Both the position numbers and the translations under genes were made by a program. DNA of 64,000 bases, from positions 1 through 64,000 of the forward strand of contig VJWM01000108.1 of NCBI GenBank assembly GCA_010909165.1. Direction: 5' to 3'. This DNA comes from Anthoceros angustus. Lineage: Eukaryota > Plantae > Anthocerotophyta. This document shows, one piece after another, positions 1 to 12,100 of the stretch. Each line of letters begins with the position of its first letter. Positions within the stretch are counted from its first letter, which is position 1. The notes beneath the pieces were generated by a model. It had not been told where the DNA came from, made no database searches, and saw nothing but the letters and a program-made list of their open reading frames with translations.

Positions 1-1340
1 CTGGGATGTAGGCCGAGGTTAAATAGTGTGGTGCTGGGCCCCTTTTATGGCGATGCAAGTTGTGGTGATGTGTGGTGTGCCGGTGAGCAATGTATGCCAG
101 TGATTGTGTCGAACCTGAAGAAAAACACTTAGAAATTTAAGGAGGAAGTGGGTATCGAGGAAGGATTTTTGGAAAGATCGTATCCAGTAGGATTGAAGAT
201 GAAGGCATAACGATCACGGAGAGCAGGCGTCCAGTGACAAGGAGGAGGCGAGCACATGTCGGCCAGAGAAGAAGAGAAAGCGGTGAAGGAGAAGCCGAGA
301 AGGTCAGTAGGAAAGGAGGGCCGAAGTTTTTGTGTTTGATGCAAGTCTCCTCCGAGACTTATGGATTTTTGGTGGGCTCGGCAATGCGACTCGGTGCGAT
401 GGAGTTCGATGACATTGGGCCTATTCTAATGTGGAGTTGGTTGAGTCTTCTCTGACTTCGGCTGGAGGAGAAGCAGAGAGAACATGGAGGGAGAGGGCGT
501 GCGGAGATCAGAGGATGGGACACATTATGTTCATGCTGTATGGGAGGCGAGCGAGTGATGGTGTGGCTCACGAGAGAGATGAAGATGGAAAAAGCGGTGG
601 TGGGCGACCTTCTTGAAGAAGCTCTCGGCATGCTCATCGGAGGAGTAGGCGACGGAATGGGCTGGAGGGGCAGATAGGTTCTGACCTCAAGTGGGCTTAC
701 AAGGATAGTTTGGGGCGACACTGCTGTCAGTGAACCACCCTACTTGATTGCATTCTTTCATTTCATGTGGAAGTGGGCGGGAGCTCGGCACAGGCTGGGC
801 GGCCATCTTGACCTATGAGCATCAAGGACAAGCTCTTAAGCGTGGAATGGGTTTTGCATCCGAAGAGATGCAAAGAGGTTACCCTCTATGTCGTTATAGT
901 CCTAGGATTGATCCCAAGGAATGGTTTTGTGTCAAGATGTTACTAAAACTATGGACTCTAGACTTACCCGTCGATCACTACCCCCCTTATCCGACTACCA
1001 TACCCAAAACCCACCACCGTGGAAGACTCGGCCACCGCGATGGCTGGTTCAACCAACGTGGTCCCACAATCGCCTCATGTGGTGACTATTTCACCGGCTT
1101 CTCTGTGCTGGGAGTTATGGACATACACACCTACATCGCCCTCACTTGCTTCCGGGAATTTCCTTGATCGGATCCAGGAGTTATACCACGACTTCTCTCG
1201 CCTCACTCCATATTTCCATGACTCCTCACTTCCTCTCCTTAATCATTTAGCGATTCTCCACTCACAATCCCTTACGCGCACTCATCGCCCTTTGGGGCCT
1301 TCCCTTCCTAAATAAATCCTCTCTCCCTCTCCTCCACGGG

Positions 1341-1418
1341 CCACCCGGACCCACTTTGGGCCACACAGACCCCTCCTTTGGGCCACCACAGACCCCTCTT
1401 GGGCCACAGACCCCTCTC
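1341..1418. repeat. Short degenerate tandem repeat (about 20-22 bp unit, GGGCCAC..AGACCCCTC, about 4 copies)
   Basis: Repeated gggccac(ac)agacccctc(c)ttt units read directly. Confidence 0.7.
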
Positions 1419-1899
1419 ATGGAATAAAACACTGGTGGCGGTTGGGAAAGAAGATCGGGAAAGAAAACGGTCGTGCTTGGGCGATTCGCCTTCGGCGATC
1501 CCGCCTCGCCTTCAAGGCAATTCCCTACCTCTTTTTCGTCCTTGATTTCCGTCACCCAGGCGTGGAGCTTGGCCACTCGCTCTCGACCATCCGAGGATCT
1601 TCCGGCCTTCTTGTGGCGGTGCGGTGCATCGAGCAGTTTGATGTTGATCGGGCGTCTCCAACCAACCTCGCATGCTTCAACACACGGAAGTTCACACAGA
1701 ATTATGCGGTAGAGACACTCAAGGGTCTCTTATACATTCGGTATGGATCTCCGACTCACTCCTCGATGTCTAGAAAATATGACCTACTACTCGGGGCTCC
1801 TACCAATTCGTAACTTTCTCCATGAACCCTCAAAACATCCTATCCTCTACCCGAAAAGGAACTCTTGGCAGTATGTCTCCTCCCTAAAATTAAGCGTAG

Positions 1900-2858
1900 C
1901 GTCATTCTTTTAGCCTAACGGTAGGTGGGGTTCCTTCTCTCGCTCTCTGCGCCTCACGATCCAGCGATTCTCCCCAAAACCTCCACCTCGCTCATCCCTG
2001 CGGTTTCTTGGCGTCTTCCATGGGCGTCGGCGTCGTCTATAGGCCCTATGCATTATTCCGCTCTTCATGTTTGGGACCACAGTGTGCTCCTCCCTCACGC
2101 CACAGCCTCCCGCGCTCATTTCCTCGATCACCACTTGGGGGTAGGCCCCGCTCCCGTTCGGAAGAACCAGGTAGCGGTGGCGGTCAAGATGTCGACCAAT
2201 GGTTTACGCCCCTCTGTCCCAACAACCACATACACATTTAGGTGAGCACGCTCACCATGCGGCGAAGCGAGGACATGAGCATCCTCATCCAGGGCCTTGT
2301 ACAATCGCCGATATAGGTCTTACCCCCCTCTCCTCCGTGGACAATCCAGGCCCTTGGGTTTCGAGGATCGCGCTCCATCTGCGGTACTCACATCGGTGAC
2401 TTCCCCACCTCGGTTCCTTCTTCATGACGGTGGCGGTTTAGCCACCGTGGTGGTACTTCCCCGGTGGTGGCTTGACTCTGCAGTTCTTTGTAGCTCTGCC
2501 CTTCTTGGTTTGGCCACCTCTCTCTTGACTCTGGCCCTAGCTTCATCTCTCTCGCTTGTATCTCTCACTTGACTTCTTGAATTTCTCGGGCGCCATTGTT
2601 TCCATTTGTTCCAGGCTCATGAGACCTCATCTTGAAGCTCTTCAATTGTAGCATCGCCCCTTGACTGATTCACTAAGGCCTCTGTTGGGTGGACATGGCC
2701 CCTCGCTCACGCACATAGGGCCGCCTCGCATTCCGTCTGCGCTCCTCTGCCACCTTGTTCTCGCCTTCTAGGCTCTCCAACTTTTCCTTGAGCAACTTTT
2801 CACTGTTGGCCTGCACTCGGCCGGTGGGAGCCATGGCTGCAGTCGAGATCACTTTCTT
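1900..2858 (-). pseudogene. Left part of a degraded minus-strand ORF of a host repeat element interrupted by the gypsy insertion (coiled-coil-like)
   Basis: Minus strand just left of the LTR reads KLLKEKLESLEGENKVAEERRRNAR. It is broken by stops and frameshifts, and similar E/K/R-rich coding resumes right of the 3' LTR. Confidence 0.35.
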
Positions 2859-4007
2859 TGTGGGCTATGCACTTCCGGGAGTTAAGAAATAAGTAGGGTT
2901 TTTTTTTTAGGATTGAAGGATAAATAAAGGCGGAAAGGAGGAATAAATTGGGGTGGCGCTTGGACGAGCTCGGAGTATACTCGGACTCGGAGTGAACAAG
3001 GACCCCGGTAATCCGGACCACAGGTCCGGACCCCGAGTCGGACCACGAGTCGGGACAGGTCGGACCCTGGCCGTGGGACTGGAAATAAGCCGGACTCGAG
3101 TTCGAGTCGAGGCGACCTCGAGGCCGGTGCTGGCGATGGAGGCCCCGACTTCGCTAGAGCGGATAATGGTGGCCCCAAGGACCCGAGGAGGCGAGGAGGA
3201 TGGCGTCGTGGTATGGCGGTTGTCGACCGCGCCCGGTAGTAACGGAGTTCGGGAGGAGGGCCCGCCTCACGGATCATCGATTGGGGTGCACCACAAGCTG
3301 TCGGGGCGAGTTGGACCACCCATCCGGGGCCGGGACCTTCCAGCCCACGGTCGGCGAAGGAGATAGAAATAGGATGGTAAATGGCCGATTAGGGTATCCG
3401 GGCGCTGCTCGAGAATAGAGTGTGTAATAAAGGCCTTGGGCGCGCGGATATAAGAGGGCTGCTCTAGTAAAACATCTTTCTCTTGGTGTTGATGCGCGTT
3501 CTTGCGGACCTTTGTGAGTCTTCTTGCTAACGTGAGTCTGAGTCACGGCGAGCCGACTCGGGAGATTGATCAAGGTCCATTGGGCGGACTTAGCGTTGTG
3601 GTGTGTGCGGGGAAGGGGTGATGACCGTGCTCGTCCGGGAGCGGCCGACCGCGACATTTTGGGCGTGTGGCGGAGGAACTCGGGAGGTGTAGAGCCGGAC
3701 GGAGGCCGTGAGCAGCGGAGGAGGTCGTGTGTAACCAGCGTCTTTTCTAAGGCGAAGAGTGTAGCGTGAGGAGAGAGAGGCGGATGCGTGAGGATGTGAG
3801 CAATCTGAGGCGAGCAGGTCCTTAAGCGTTTGGCCATAGGGCTGTCACGGTGAACGTTGTGAGTAGTTAGGAGTATGTGTGTGTTGAGGTGAGCAGGCGC
3901 TAAGGGCGGTGATCACGAAGCGATGGCAGGCCTATCATTCCCTTGAGAGCGGACTTCTTCCTACAACGACACGGGATTGTCGCGGCGCCATCGCAAAGTC
4001 CGCCACA
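2859..4007 (+). repeat. 5' LTR (about 1.15 kb)
   Basis: TG start at 2859, CA end at 4006-4007 just before the PBS; colinear with 9433-10618. Confidence 0.9.
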
Positions 4008-4010
4008 TTT

Positions 4011-4028
4011 TGGCGCCGTTGCGGGGAA
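4011..4028 (+). promoter_or_regulatory. Primer-binding site (tRNA-Asp type)
   Basis: TGGCGCCGTTGCGGGGAA 3 nt after the LTR end; matches the Athila-type consensus TGGCGCCGTTGCCGGGGA with one C missing. Confidence 0.85.
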
Positions 4029-4283
4029 TGAAATCGATGCTGGTCTGCAAAGTGCGTCCTTAGGAAGAGAAGGTAAGTGAATGCGTGGCGCGGTGACGGC
4101 GGTCAAGAGTGAACCGTCGGGAGGATCGGACGTGGTCACCTCGCGTGCTCTCGAGCCGAGGGAGAGAGAGGCGTCAAACCCGAGCACCGTCGATCGGAGG
4201 AGGAGAGCGTGGTCGTTGCCGGACCAAGGCAGTCAGGGTAGGGCGCGGAAGAAGGTAGGACACGCCTAACCCGATGGCGGACC

Positions 4284-4650
4284 ATGGCCCCTCGACCAAA
4301 CAAGCGTACTCCATATTCGGAGGAAGAAGGGCGGATGCGGAGACCTTTGTGGAGGACTTCATGTCCAAAGCCAACTTCAGCGGAGAGGAGCCGACTCATC
4401 CAGCTTTTCAAGGGTTCTCAGGGGCTGCTCAATGGTAAGTACCGACCAGGAGAATGCCCCACCGCCTCGTTTGAAGCTTTGAAAATGCCTTCTTAGAGCG
4501 GTTTCGAGGATCGACCGGAGGGTATGTATTATCAAAGTTGGAAAATCAGGCGAGGAAGAAGGAGAAGCTGGGCTCGTGAGCGGTTCTATGCCGAGGATCG
4601 GCATCAACCCATACCACGATGCAAGTACGGTGGTTCTGGCCGGTCTAGCC
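4284..4650 (+). pseudogene. Retrotransposon gag core (frameshifted)
   Basis: Stitched frames give DAETFVEDF...FENAFLERFRG...LSKLENQARKKEKLG, typical of the retrotransposon gag helical domain. Confidence 0.65.
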
Positions 4651-6059
4651 AAACCCATGGCGTCTGCTGGCCAGAAGGGCGTGGGCAAGGCGAGGCGGCG
4701 GCTACGAGGAATCGCTACATCGGAGGATAAAGAAATCCGCTCAAGGAGGCAAGAAGAAGAAGAAGAAGCGGGGTTCGGACTCAGGAAGAGTCTTGGAGGA
4801 GGAAGACCAATCGGAGGTGTCTTGAGGAGGAGGCGTCGTCCAGAAGAAGAGGCGGAGGTCTCTAGCGAGGAATCCCATGAAGAAGAGCAAGAAGGCCCGG
4901 CTAAAGAAGCGGGGTAAGAAGGAGGTGGTGACACCGGCCGGTCAGAAGCTCCGGACCCGACTCCCTCAAAGGAGGTGGCAGTGCGGGAGGACACTGGAAA
5001 AAGTGATAAAGAGAGTAGAGGACAGCGATAAACCAGTTAAGGAAGGGCCAAAAACACCACACTACGGTCGAGCATCTACGGTGTCGTGTGCCGACAACAC
5101 GGCCATTCGAAGCCCCCTCGGCGGTGCATCAAGTGGACTACGAATACGAGGAGGAGGCGAGGAGCAATGGGAAGAGGCCTATCAGTGCAGAAGCCCCCTC
5201 GGCGCGATATCCCAAAACCATGTATCCGTCAGCGAGGTCCGTCAATACGAGCCCCACGCAGGCCCGCATGGGAGCCTTGGGATCCTCCGTCTGCCGTGAT
5301 GCAAGCTGGGAATCGCCATTACTCCAGCAGCGTGTCCGTACCCAGGCGGGGTAATGGGGACTTGGCGGGCGTGTGGCGGGGTGGGCATATGGCGATGCTA
5401 TGTCCCAACCCCGCACAAGGCAGTCGATATGCCACACCAAGCGGAGAACCCCGACCACCGCCACCTCCTAAGGCTGCCGTCGGCAAGTCGAAGATGCTCG
5501 ATTGGCGGAGTGGGAAGAGATTCCAGTGCGAGATGGAAAGAACAAGAAGGTGCGGTGGGGTGTCGAAAGGAAGGGAGTCGGGCGTGGAAATCTTGGAGGT
5601 GTCTACTCGTGGCGAAGGAAGGAGCGGCGAAAGGCGCCGATTGAAGAAGAACAAGGCGAGGAAGCGTCACGGGCCGAGGAAGGCAATCAAGCGGAAATAC
5701 CGGAGGATCCACCGATGAAGGAGGGTGGGGCAGGCGGCTCTGGGAGGATTACCGAAGGAAGTTCTCCGTCGGGGACGGGGAGAAGGGCTGCCTCCGCGGC
5801 GCAGTTTCCACGGACGTGGTCGAGGTGCGAGATGTTGCGGAGGAAATGCAAGGAGAATACCGAACAAGTGACCGGGAGAGGATGAGGCGAGCAGGATCCT
5901 CGATTGGGGTAGAAGCCTCGCCCCAATGTGGCGGACGATGATGAATGACAGTGTCCTTTCGACAATTTGAGGATAACCGAAATCTGCAAGAGGTCCGTCG
6001 GGCCGTTAGGAAACCCGCCTCGGCGGAGCACCAAAGCCGGAAGGGTAGCACGTGGAAGT

Positions 6060-6420
6060 GAGGTGGTGTCCCACGGACCCAGGCGCGTGGTACAAGTGGA
6101 GATTTGGATGTATCATCAAGGATGTACCGTTGGACACGGGTCCGAGTCAACCTCATCAAGCCACGGCACGAAATTGGGCTTCACATCCTTGAACCCTCAA
6201 CGAAGACTCGAGAATGGCGGACATGTCAAGAAGAGATCCGGCGGGGAGTTAACCGAGTCTTAGCCACCATAGCGCACCCTACAAAGCTGGATTTTGTTGT
6301 GATCAAACCGGCCGGACCATTAGGGTATGAGGTGTTCTTTGGGGCGGCCATGGTGGGGTTGGCCGACAAAGCTACACTTTGGAAGGAAGGAGATTCACTT
6401 CAAGCCGGTGGTGGGACCCT
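6060..6420 (+). pseudogene. Aspartic protease domain (frameshifted)
   Basis: L-D-T-G motif at 6130-6141 followed by VNLI, LDFVVI and YEVFFG flap/GR-region remnants. Confidence 0.7.
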
Positions 6421-6959
6421 AAGGTGCGAGAAGGGAGGTTGCTATCACAGCAAGGACACCTATTGTGGGGAAGCTGAGCACTACGAAGGGTATACCTCTG
6501 GAGGACTCCTGACGAACAAGATAGTTCCGAGGAGGCGTACCCGCCAAGATCCGCCAGGAGGAGATGGATGGACTACGGGATGCCTTTGGAAGTGGTTGAT
6601 TGTTTTCGAGTAAACGCGCCGGGCTGGAGGAAGGAAGTGAGGAGGTCGGACCGGCTGAGAGGCAGTGAAGAGTCGGACCAAGGAAGCGGACATCGAAGGA
6701 GTAACACGATTCACCTCAGAGCTCTTGAGAGAATGGGGATGCGAGAGGGGATCCCGAGTGGAGGGCGAGGGGTTTGGGCCAGCCGAGCAGGAGGCAGTGA
6801 ACCGGACGACGTGGAAGAAGTGGAGGTCCGGCCAGCAAATTCACGAAGTTTAAGAAAGGCATGCCTCCGGACTGAAGGAAGGACTAAAGCACTTGGGGAG
6901 TTTTTGGTGTTCGCCTTCAAGGTCACGGACATGAAGGGCATTAGAAGTGGGAGAGCATA

Positions 6960-8050
6960 AGATCGATTTGAAGCCGGAGGCGGTGCGGTCGAATCCGACA
7001 ATACAAGCTCAACCCCAAGTATTCGATCAAGGTGAAGGAGGTCCTTGATAAGTACAGGCGGACATCATTTTCCCCATCGTCAGAGTGGGTCGCGGATTGT
7101 GGTGGTTCCCAAGAAAGCAGGACAAATTCGGGTATGCCAAGATTGGAGGAAGCTCAACGCACGGAGAAGGACCACTTCCGATGCCATTCGTGAGCGACAT
7201 TTTGGACAAGGTGGGTGGACGGACTACTTACTCCTTCTGGATGGCTACTCGGATACAACCAATTGCACCTAAGGGGTGATTGGGACAAGGCACCTTCACT
7301 AAGTGCGTTTGCCTACAAGAGAAGTGCCTTTGGGATGGCCGGGGCGCCGGTCGTTCATGCGTATGGTGACCAACGTCTTAGTGACTTCGAGGGACTTCAT
7401 GGAGATATTCTGGATGATTTTGTGTGCATGGGGAGCGGGACAAACACCTTGGGCATCTAAGAAGGTGCTTGGGCCTGGAGACTCAATTGAGCCTACACCG
7501 AGAAATGCTACTTTGGAATGACGGAGGGAATCTTGGGACATCGGGTGTCGGCGGGAATCGAGGTGGACGGGACAAGGTCCGGTCATCCGATCTACGAACC
7601 TAAAGGGCGAGAGGTTTCACAGGAATGGTGGGATACGCGGTTTATTAAGGACTTTCGAAGAGGCGGCTAAGTTGGCGAACTCTGCGGAAGGAGGAGGTTT
7701 GGACAGTCACGGGGAGCGAGAGGAGGCCTTCGGGTTCTGAGAACACCTTGGTAAGCGCCGGTTCTAAGAGGACCGGAGAGCAGAAATTTCATGTGTATGT
7801 AGAGTGTCCGCTTTTGCTATCGGAGTAGTCTTGAGCCGGGCGACAAGCGGAAGGGATTATCCGTATACTACCGGCTGCTCACCGCAGCGAAAATACACTA
7901 CAGGCCAAGCCGGGTATGGTATATCTTGTCAAGAAATTCGACACTACCTACTACCCGGTGAGTTTGTGTTCTATGTAGACCACTTCTTGTGAAGCATCGG
8001 TGAATAAAGGCGGACTGTCGGACGGATAGGTGGATATTGTTGCTGCGAGG
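6960..8050 (+). pseudogene. Reverse transcriptase plus RNase H (frameshifted)
   Basis: IVVVPKKAGQIRVCQDWRKLN, PMPFVSDILDKVGG, DGYS-YNQ, ILDDF; RNase H SAFAIGVVLS...RHYLLPGEFVFYVDH. Confidence 0.88.
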
Positions 8051-8399
8051 AGTTCACGTTGAAGTGGAAACAAGACAAAGGCACCAAAATGCGATTTCTG
8101 TCACGATTGAAAACAGGCGGTGTTGAGAGATCGGGAAGATGCGTTCCGGATGAGACATTGGTTTGCAGTAAAAGTACAACCGGAGGAGCCCACGAACCCC
8201 AAGCTACGAGGCGGCCTTAGCGAGCGGAGAAGGGAGGGTCCGCCGGTCGTCCGACCTCTGACGAAGAAATGGGCGGTACCTGGGAATGGAGCTTCCGAAA
8301 ATCGACTCGTGGACGGAGGGAGGCATTCGTGCACTATGCTCGACCCTTGAGAATGTACAACGGTGTGTGTTCAAATTAGGGCGGACGGAGTAGAGCGAA

Positions 8400-9366
8400 G
8401 GTACTTGCCGGCGAGGCAGGAGGCGGTCGTCGAGGAATGCACGAAGGATTGGGGGAGGACACTACAGACAGTCACCACCAAAAGATTTTGAAGCGGGATC
8501 TTGGTGGCCAACAATGTATGGGGACACCCACCGTTTGTGAAGTGTGATGCTTGTCGGTGGATCGGAAAGCCAACCCACGACACGGTGGCCGCTAGTACCG
8601 ATATTGCGGCACCTTTCGAAAAGTGGGGTATTGACTTTGTTGGACCTATCGACCTCGACAAGACACACACAAGGAGATACATCCCGGTGGCAGCGGACTC
8701 ACGCACCGGTGGGTAGGCGGTGGCGACAAGAGCGGACTCCAAAATCGTGGCCAAATTCTGTCACGAGAACATCATAACCCGATGCGGATGTCCTGCAGTT
8801 GGTAAGTGATAGGGAACCCATTTCCTTAATGATGTGGTGGCCGCCATGGGAGTATTTCGCATCAATCGCATGACGGCACCCTACAATCCTAAGGCCAATG
8901 GGTGAGAAGACAAATGGGCTCATCTGCAGGATTAATAAACTCACATGAACTACGCCCATGGTAGGATACCAAGCGCCATCCGTGGCGTGTTGACGAGAGA
9001 AGGTGACCACACAACGGACCCTTACTTGACCTACGGACACTCTCCGTAATGCCGGTGGGTTTGAAGTGCCCACGAGTAATGATGGAAGGAGGCGGCGGAG
9101 GAGAAAGCCGGCGACTCTTGGGGTTTGTTCGGACACGGAGGGCGGGGAAGAAGCTCGGTGAAGATGCGATTGGTGCAAAACCAGGAAGATTTTGGCACGA
9201 TCATTGCGGAATCGGAGTATGTAAAGGAAGGGGACTGGCCCTCCTTTATGATAGTCGTTACATGCATTTTCGGGCAAACTTCACGAGATGGATGGGTCCG
9301 TACCAAGTGGTGCAAGTATATGACAACGGTCCGTCCATTTTAGATGGAGGCTGCCCACTCGGGTGA
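8400..9366 (+). pseudogene. Integrase with GPY/F tail (frameshifted)
   Basis: KCDAC zinc-finger end, PFEKWGIDFVGPI, YNPKANG, LLYDSRYMHF..TRWMGPYQVVQVYDNG. Confidence 0.9.
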
Positions 9367-9419
9367 GCGGGTGGCGGGTGAAGAAGTATCATGCTTAGTG
9401 TTGGCGGAGGCGTAGCAGA

Positions 9420-9430
9420 TGAGAAGGGAG
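9420..9430 (+). promoter_or_regulatory. Polypurine tract
   Basis: gagaagggag immediately before the 3' LTR start TG at 9433. Confidence 0.7.
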
Positions 9431-9432
9431 TA

Positions 9433-10618
9433 TGTGGGCTATGCACTTCCACAGGAGTTAAGAAATAAGTAGGGTTTCTTTTTAGGATTGAAGGATAAAT
9501 AAGGCGGAAAAGGAGGAATAAATTGGGGTGGCGCTTGGACGAGGCTCGGAGTATACTCGGACTGGAGTGAACAACGGACCCGGTAATAATCCGGACCGGA
9601 GTCCGGACGTAATAAGTCCGGACCACGAGGTCCGGACCCGAGGCAGGTCGGACCCTGGCCGTAGGACTCGGAAATAAGCGGACTCCACGAGTTCGAGTGA
9701 GGCGGACCTCGAGGCCGGTTGCGGCGATGAGGAGGAGCCCCGCCGACTTCGCTAGGGGAGCAGATAGGTGGTGGCCCCGAGGACCCGAGGGGAGGCAGGG
9801 GAGGATGACGTCGTGGTAGCGGTTGTCGAGCCCGGCCAGCGGATTCGGGAGAGGAGGGCCCGCCTCACGGATCATCCGATTGGGGTGCGCCTGGCCCCAG
9901 CCGACGATTGGACCACCCATCCGGCGGGGCCGGGACCTTCCCGGCCTATCGGCGAAGGAGATAGGGGAGGAAATAGGATGGTAGGCGGCGATTAGGGTAT
10001 CGGCGCTGTTCGGAATAGGGGGTGTAATAAAGGCGCCTTGGGCGATATAAGAGATTTGCTCTAGTAAAGCATCTTTCTCTTGGTGTTGATGCAGCGTTCT
10101 TGCAGACCTTTGTGAGTCTTCTTGCTAACGTGAGTCTGAGTCACGGCGGGCACGGCGACTCGGGAGATTGATCAAGGTCACGGTGGCGGACTTAGCGTTG
10201 TGGTGTGTGCGGGGAAGGGTGGCGGTGAGTGCTCGTCGGGCCGCGGCATGCCGAGCGGAGGCAGCGTGTGGCCGGGAGGAACTCCGGGAGGCGTGTGACG
10301 GGAGAGGCCAGCAAGCGGAGGAGGTCGGGGCCTGTAACCAGCGTCTTTTCTAAGGCGAGGGTGTGAGGAGAGGAAGAAAGGGCGGATGCGTGAGGGCGGA
10401 TGTGAGCAACGTCTGACCTTGAGCAGTCCCTAAGCGTTTAGCCACATACCGGGCTGTCTGATTACGTTGTGAGTAGTTAGGAGTATGTGTGTGTTGAGGC
10501 GAGCAGGCGCTAGGGGCCAGTAGAATCACACGAAGCGAAAGCCTATCATTCCTTGAGAGCGGACTTCTTCCTACAACGACACGGGATTGTATGCGCCGGT
10601 ACCATCGGGTCGCGCCCA
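9433..10618 (+). repeat. 3' LTR (about 1.19 kb; last about 30 bp noisy)
   Basis: Colinear with the 5' LTR throughout; differences are mostly small indels. Confidence 0.88.
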
Positions 10619-12100
10619 CTGCTGGAGCCATGGCAGGAAGTCGAGAACATAGATTCCAATTGGGCTACCCGTGCCCATTCCTCTCCACAACAATTCTACT
10701 TGTGAGCTGTCACTGTCTCCACTTGACCCGGTGGTCGGTGATATCGCCAAAATGTTCCGAGCTCCGTCATGGTTGGCTATCGAAATAACCCCTCTTCTTC
10801 TAGGGTTGGTTTGCCACTACTTCCTCATCGCTCCAATCTCTCCTACTGACTCCTCCCCACCGAGAGAGCACAACATCGTTTCCTTTTATTTTCTCCTCCT
10901 TCACCGCGTTCTGTTGCCCGATTCGACAGTGACCCTAGGTAGGTGTGGGTTCCTCTTCTTCTTGTTTGTCCTTCTTCGACCCCGTTCACCGTCGCCGCCC
11001 TCCTTCTCTTGCCCTTGGAAACCTCCCCACCTTCATCCGAATCTTCTAGGAGGCGCCTCCCAGCTCTTTGGAATTTCCCGGAATCCTCCTTACACTCCTC
11101 TTCCTCTACCTTGAGGTTCCACGGTTTCCAGCTGAAGGACGACGACTTCAACTCAGATTAGACACCGGAATGCTTAAATACATGAATTAGAAAAGGTGAA
11201 ATCAAGGAGGGCCGAGGAAGGGAAGCGATTAAGCCCTCTCCTCACAAGCTCTCTCAAGATCATCCCCAATCGATTTGTGTACCTTTAACCACCTCATGAA
11301 GAAAGACCGGAGTAGTACGCATATGATCAACTTCACATTACGTAGGAGCACAAAATCCATTAATCACGGTGCAGAACACGAGTTGGAGTCACCCATCCAT
11401 TGTTCACCCTCACTTCTCAGGCTTCCATGGCCGGCTGCTGACTCTCGGGTCTTCTTTCTGGGGTCAATTACCAAGCTTCCATCCTCACGATGCTTCGCCC
11501 TTGCTTGCTTTGAGCCCCAAATCCCGATTTGCGGCCTCTTTCTCGCGTCGCCTTCTTGCGACTGGTTCTCATTGCGGGCGCACTCTTGCACCAATCTTTG
11601 GTGCAGCCGTAACACCACTTCTTCTCCATAAATTCGAGACCCACTCCGGGTACATGACTCTCACCTTCCAGTGGTCCATGTTGGGCCACTGCATGGTGGG
11701 GATTTCGGCCGCAGCTCGGGGCACCATCTCCCTTTCTCCTTGTTTTCCCAAAAAAAGAATCTCGACCCACTGCTCGGTCGAAAGAGACACCACCCTTGCA
11801 CTTTCACTCCCTCACGGCCCAGGCGCTCTTGCCTCAGCGCCTCCTTCCTCCTTCCGCTGCCCGTAGCAGCACAGTTTCCTTCCTCCGCCCGCCGCGTTCA
11901 GGCGCCTTCGCCTACTGCAATGAAGGAGACTCGGCCGGTGATTGCATCGCGCCTTGTTCTTGACTGCTCAGCGTCTGGCCCGGAGAATTGTGAGCTCGCG
12001 GTCTTGGGTGTGTCCGTCTCATGATTCGCTCCGTGTCTGGCCCGCTCCGCCACTAGGGTTGTAAACTCCCCACATGCATGCGTCCGTTCTTGAGCCGTGG
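10619..12100 (-). pseudogene. Right part of the degraded minus-strand accessory ORF of the host repeat
   Basis: Fragments EIPTMQWPNMDHWKVRVMYPEWVSNLWRRSG and PVFLHEVVKGTQIDWG, then acidic/basic low complexity; multiple stops. Confidence 0.35.

Larger units (their letters stand above)
2859..10618 (+). mobile_element. Full-length Ty3/gypsy LTR retrotransposon, non-chromovirus (Athila-like PBS), frameshifted
   Basis: Two homologous LTRs starting TGTGGGCTATGCAC, a PBS, a PPT, domain order gag-PR-RT-RH-INT and a GPY tail; no chromodomain seen. Confidence 0.93.
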
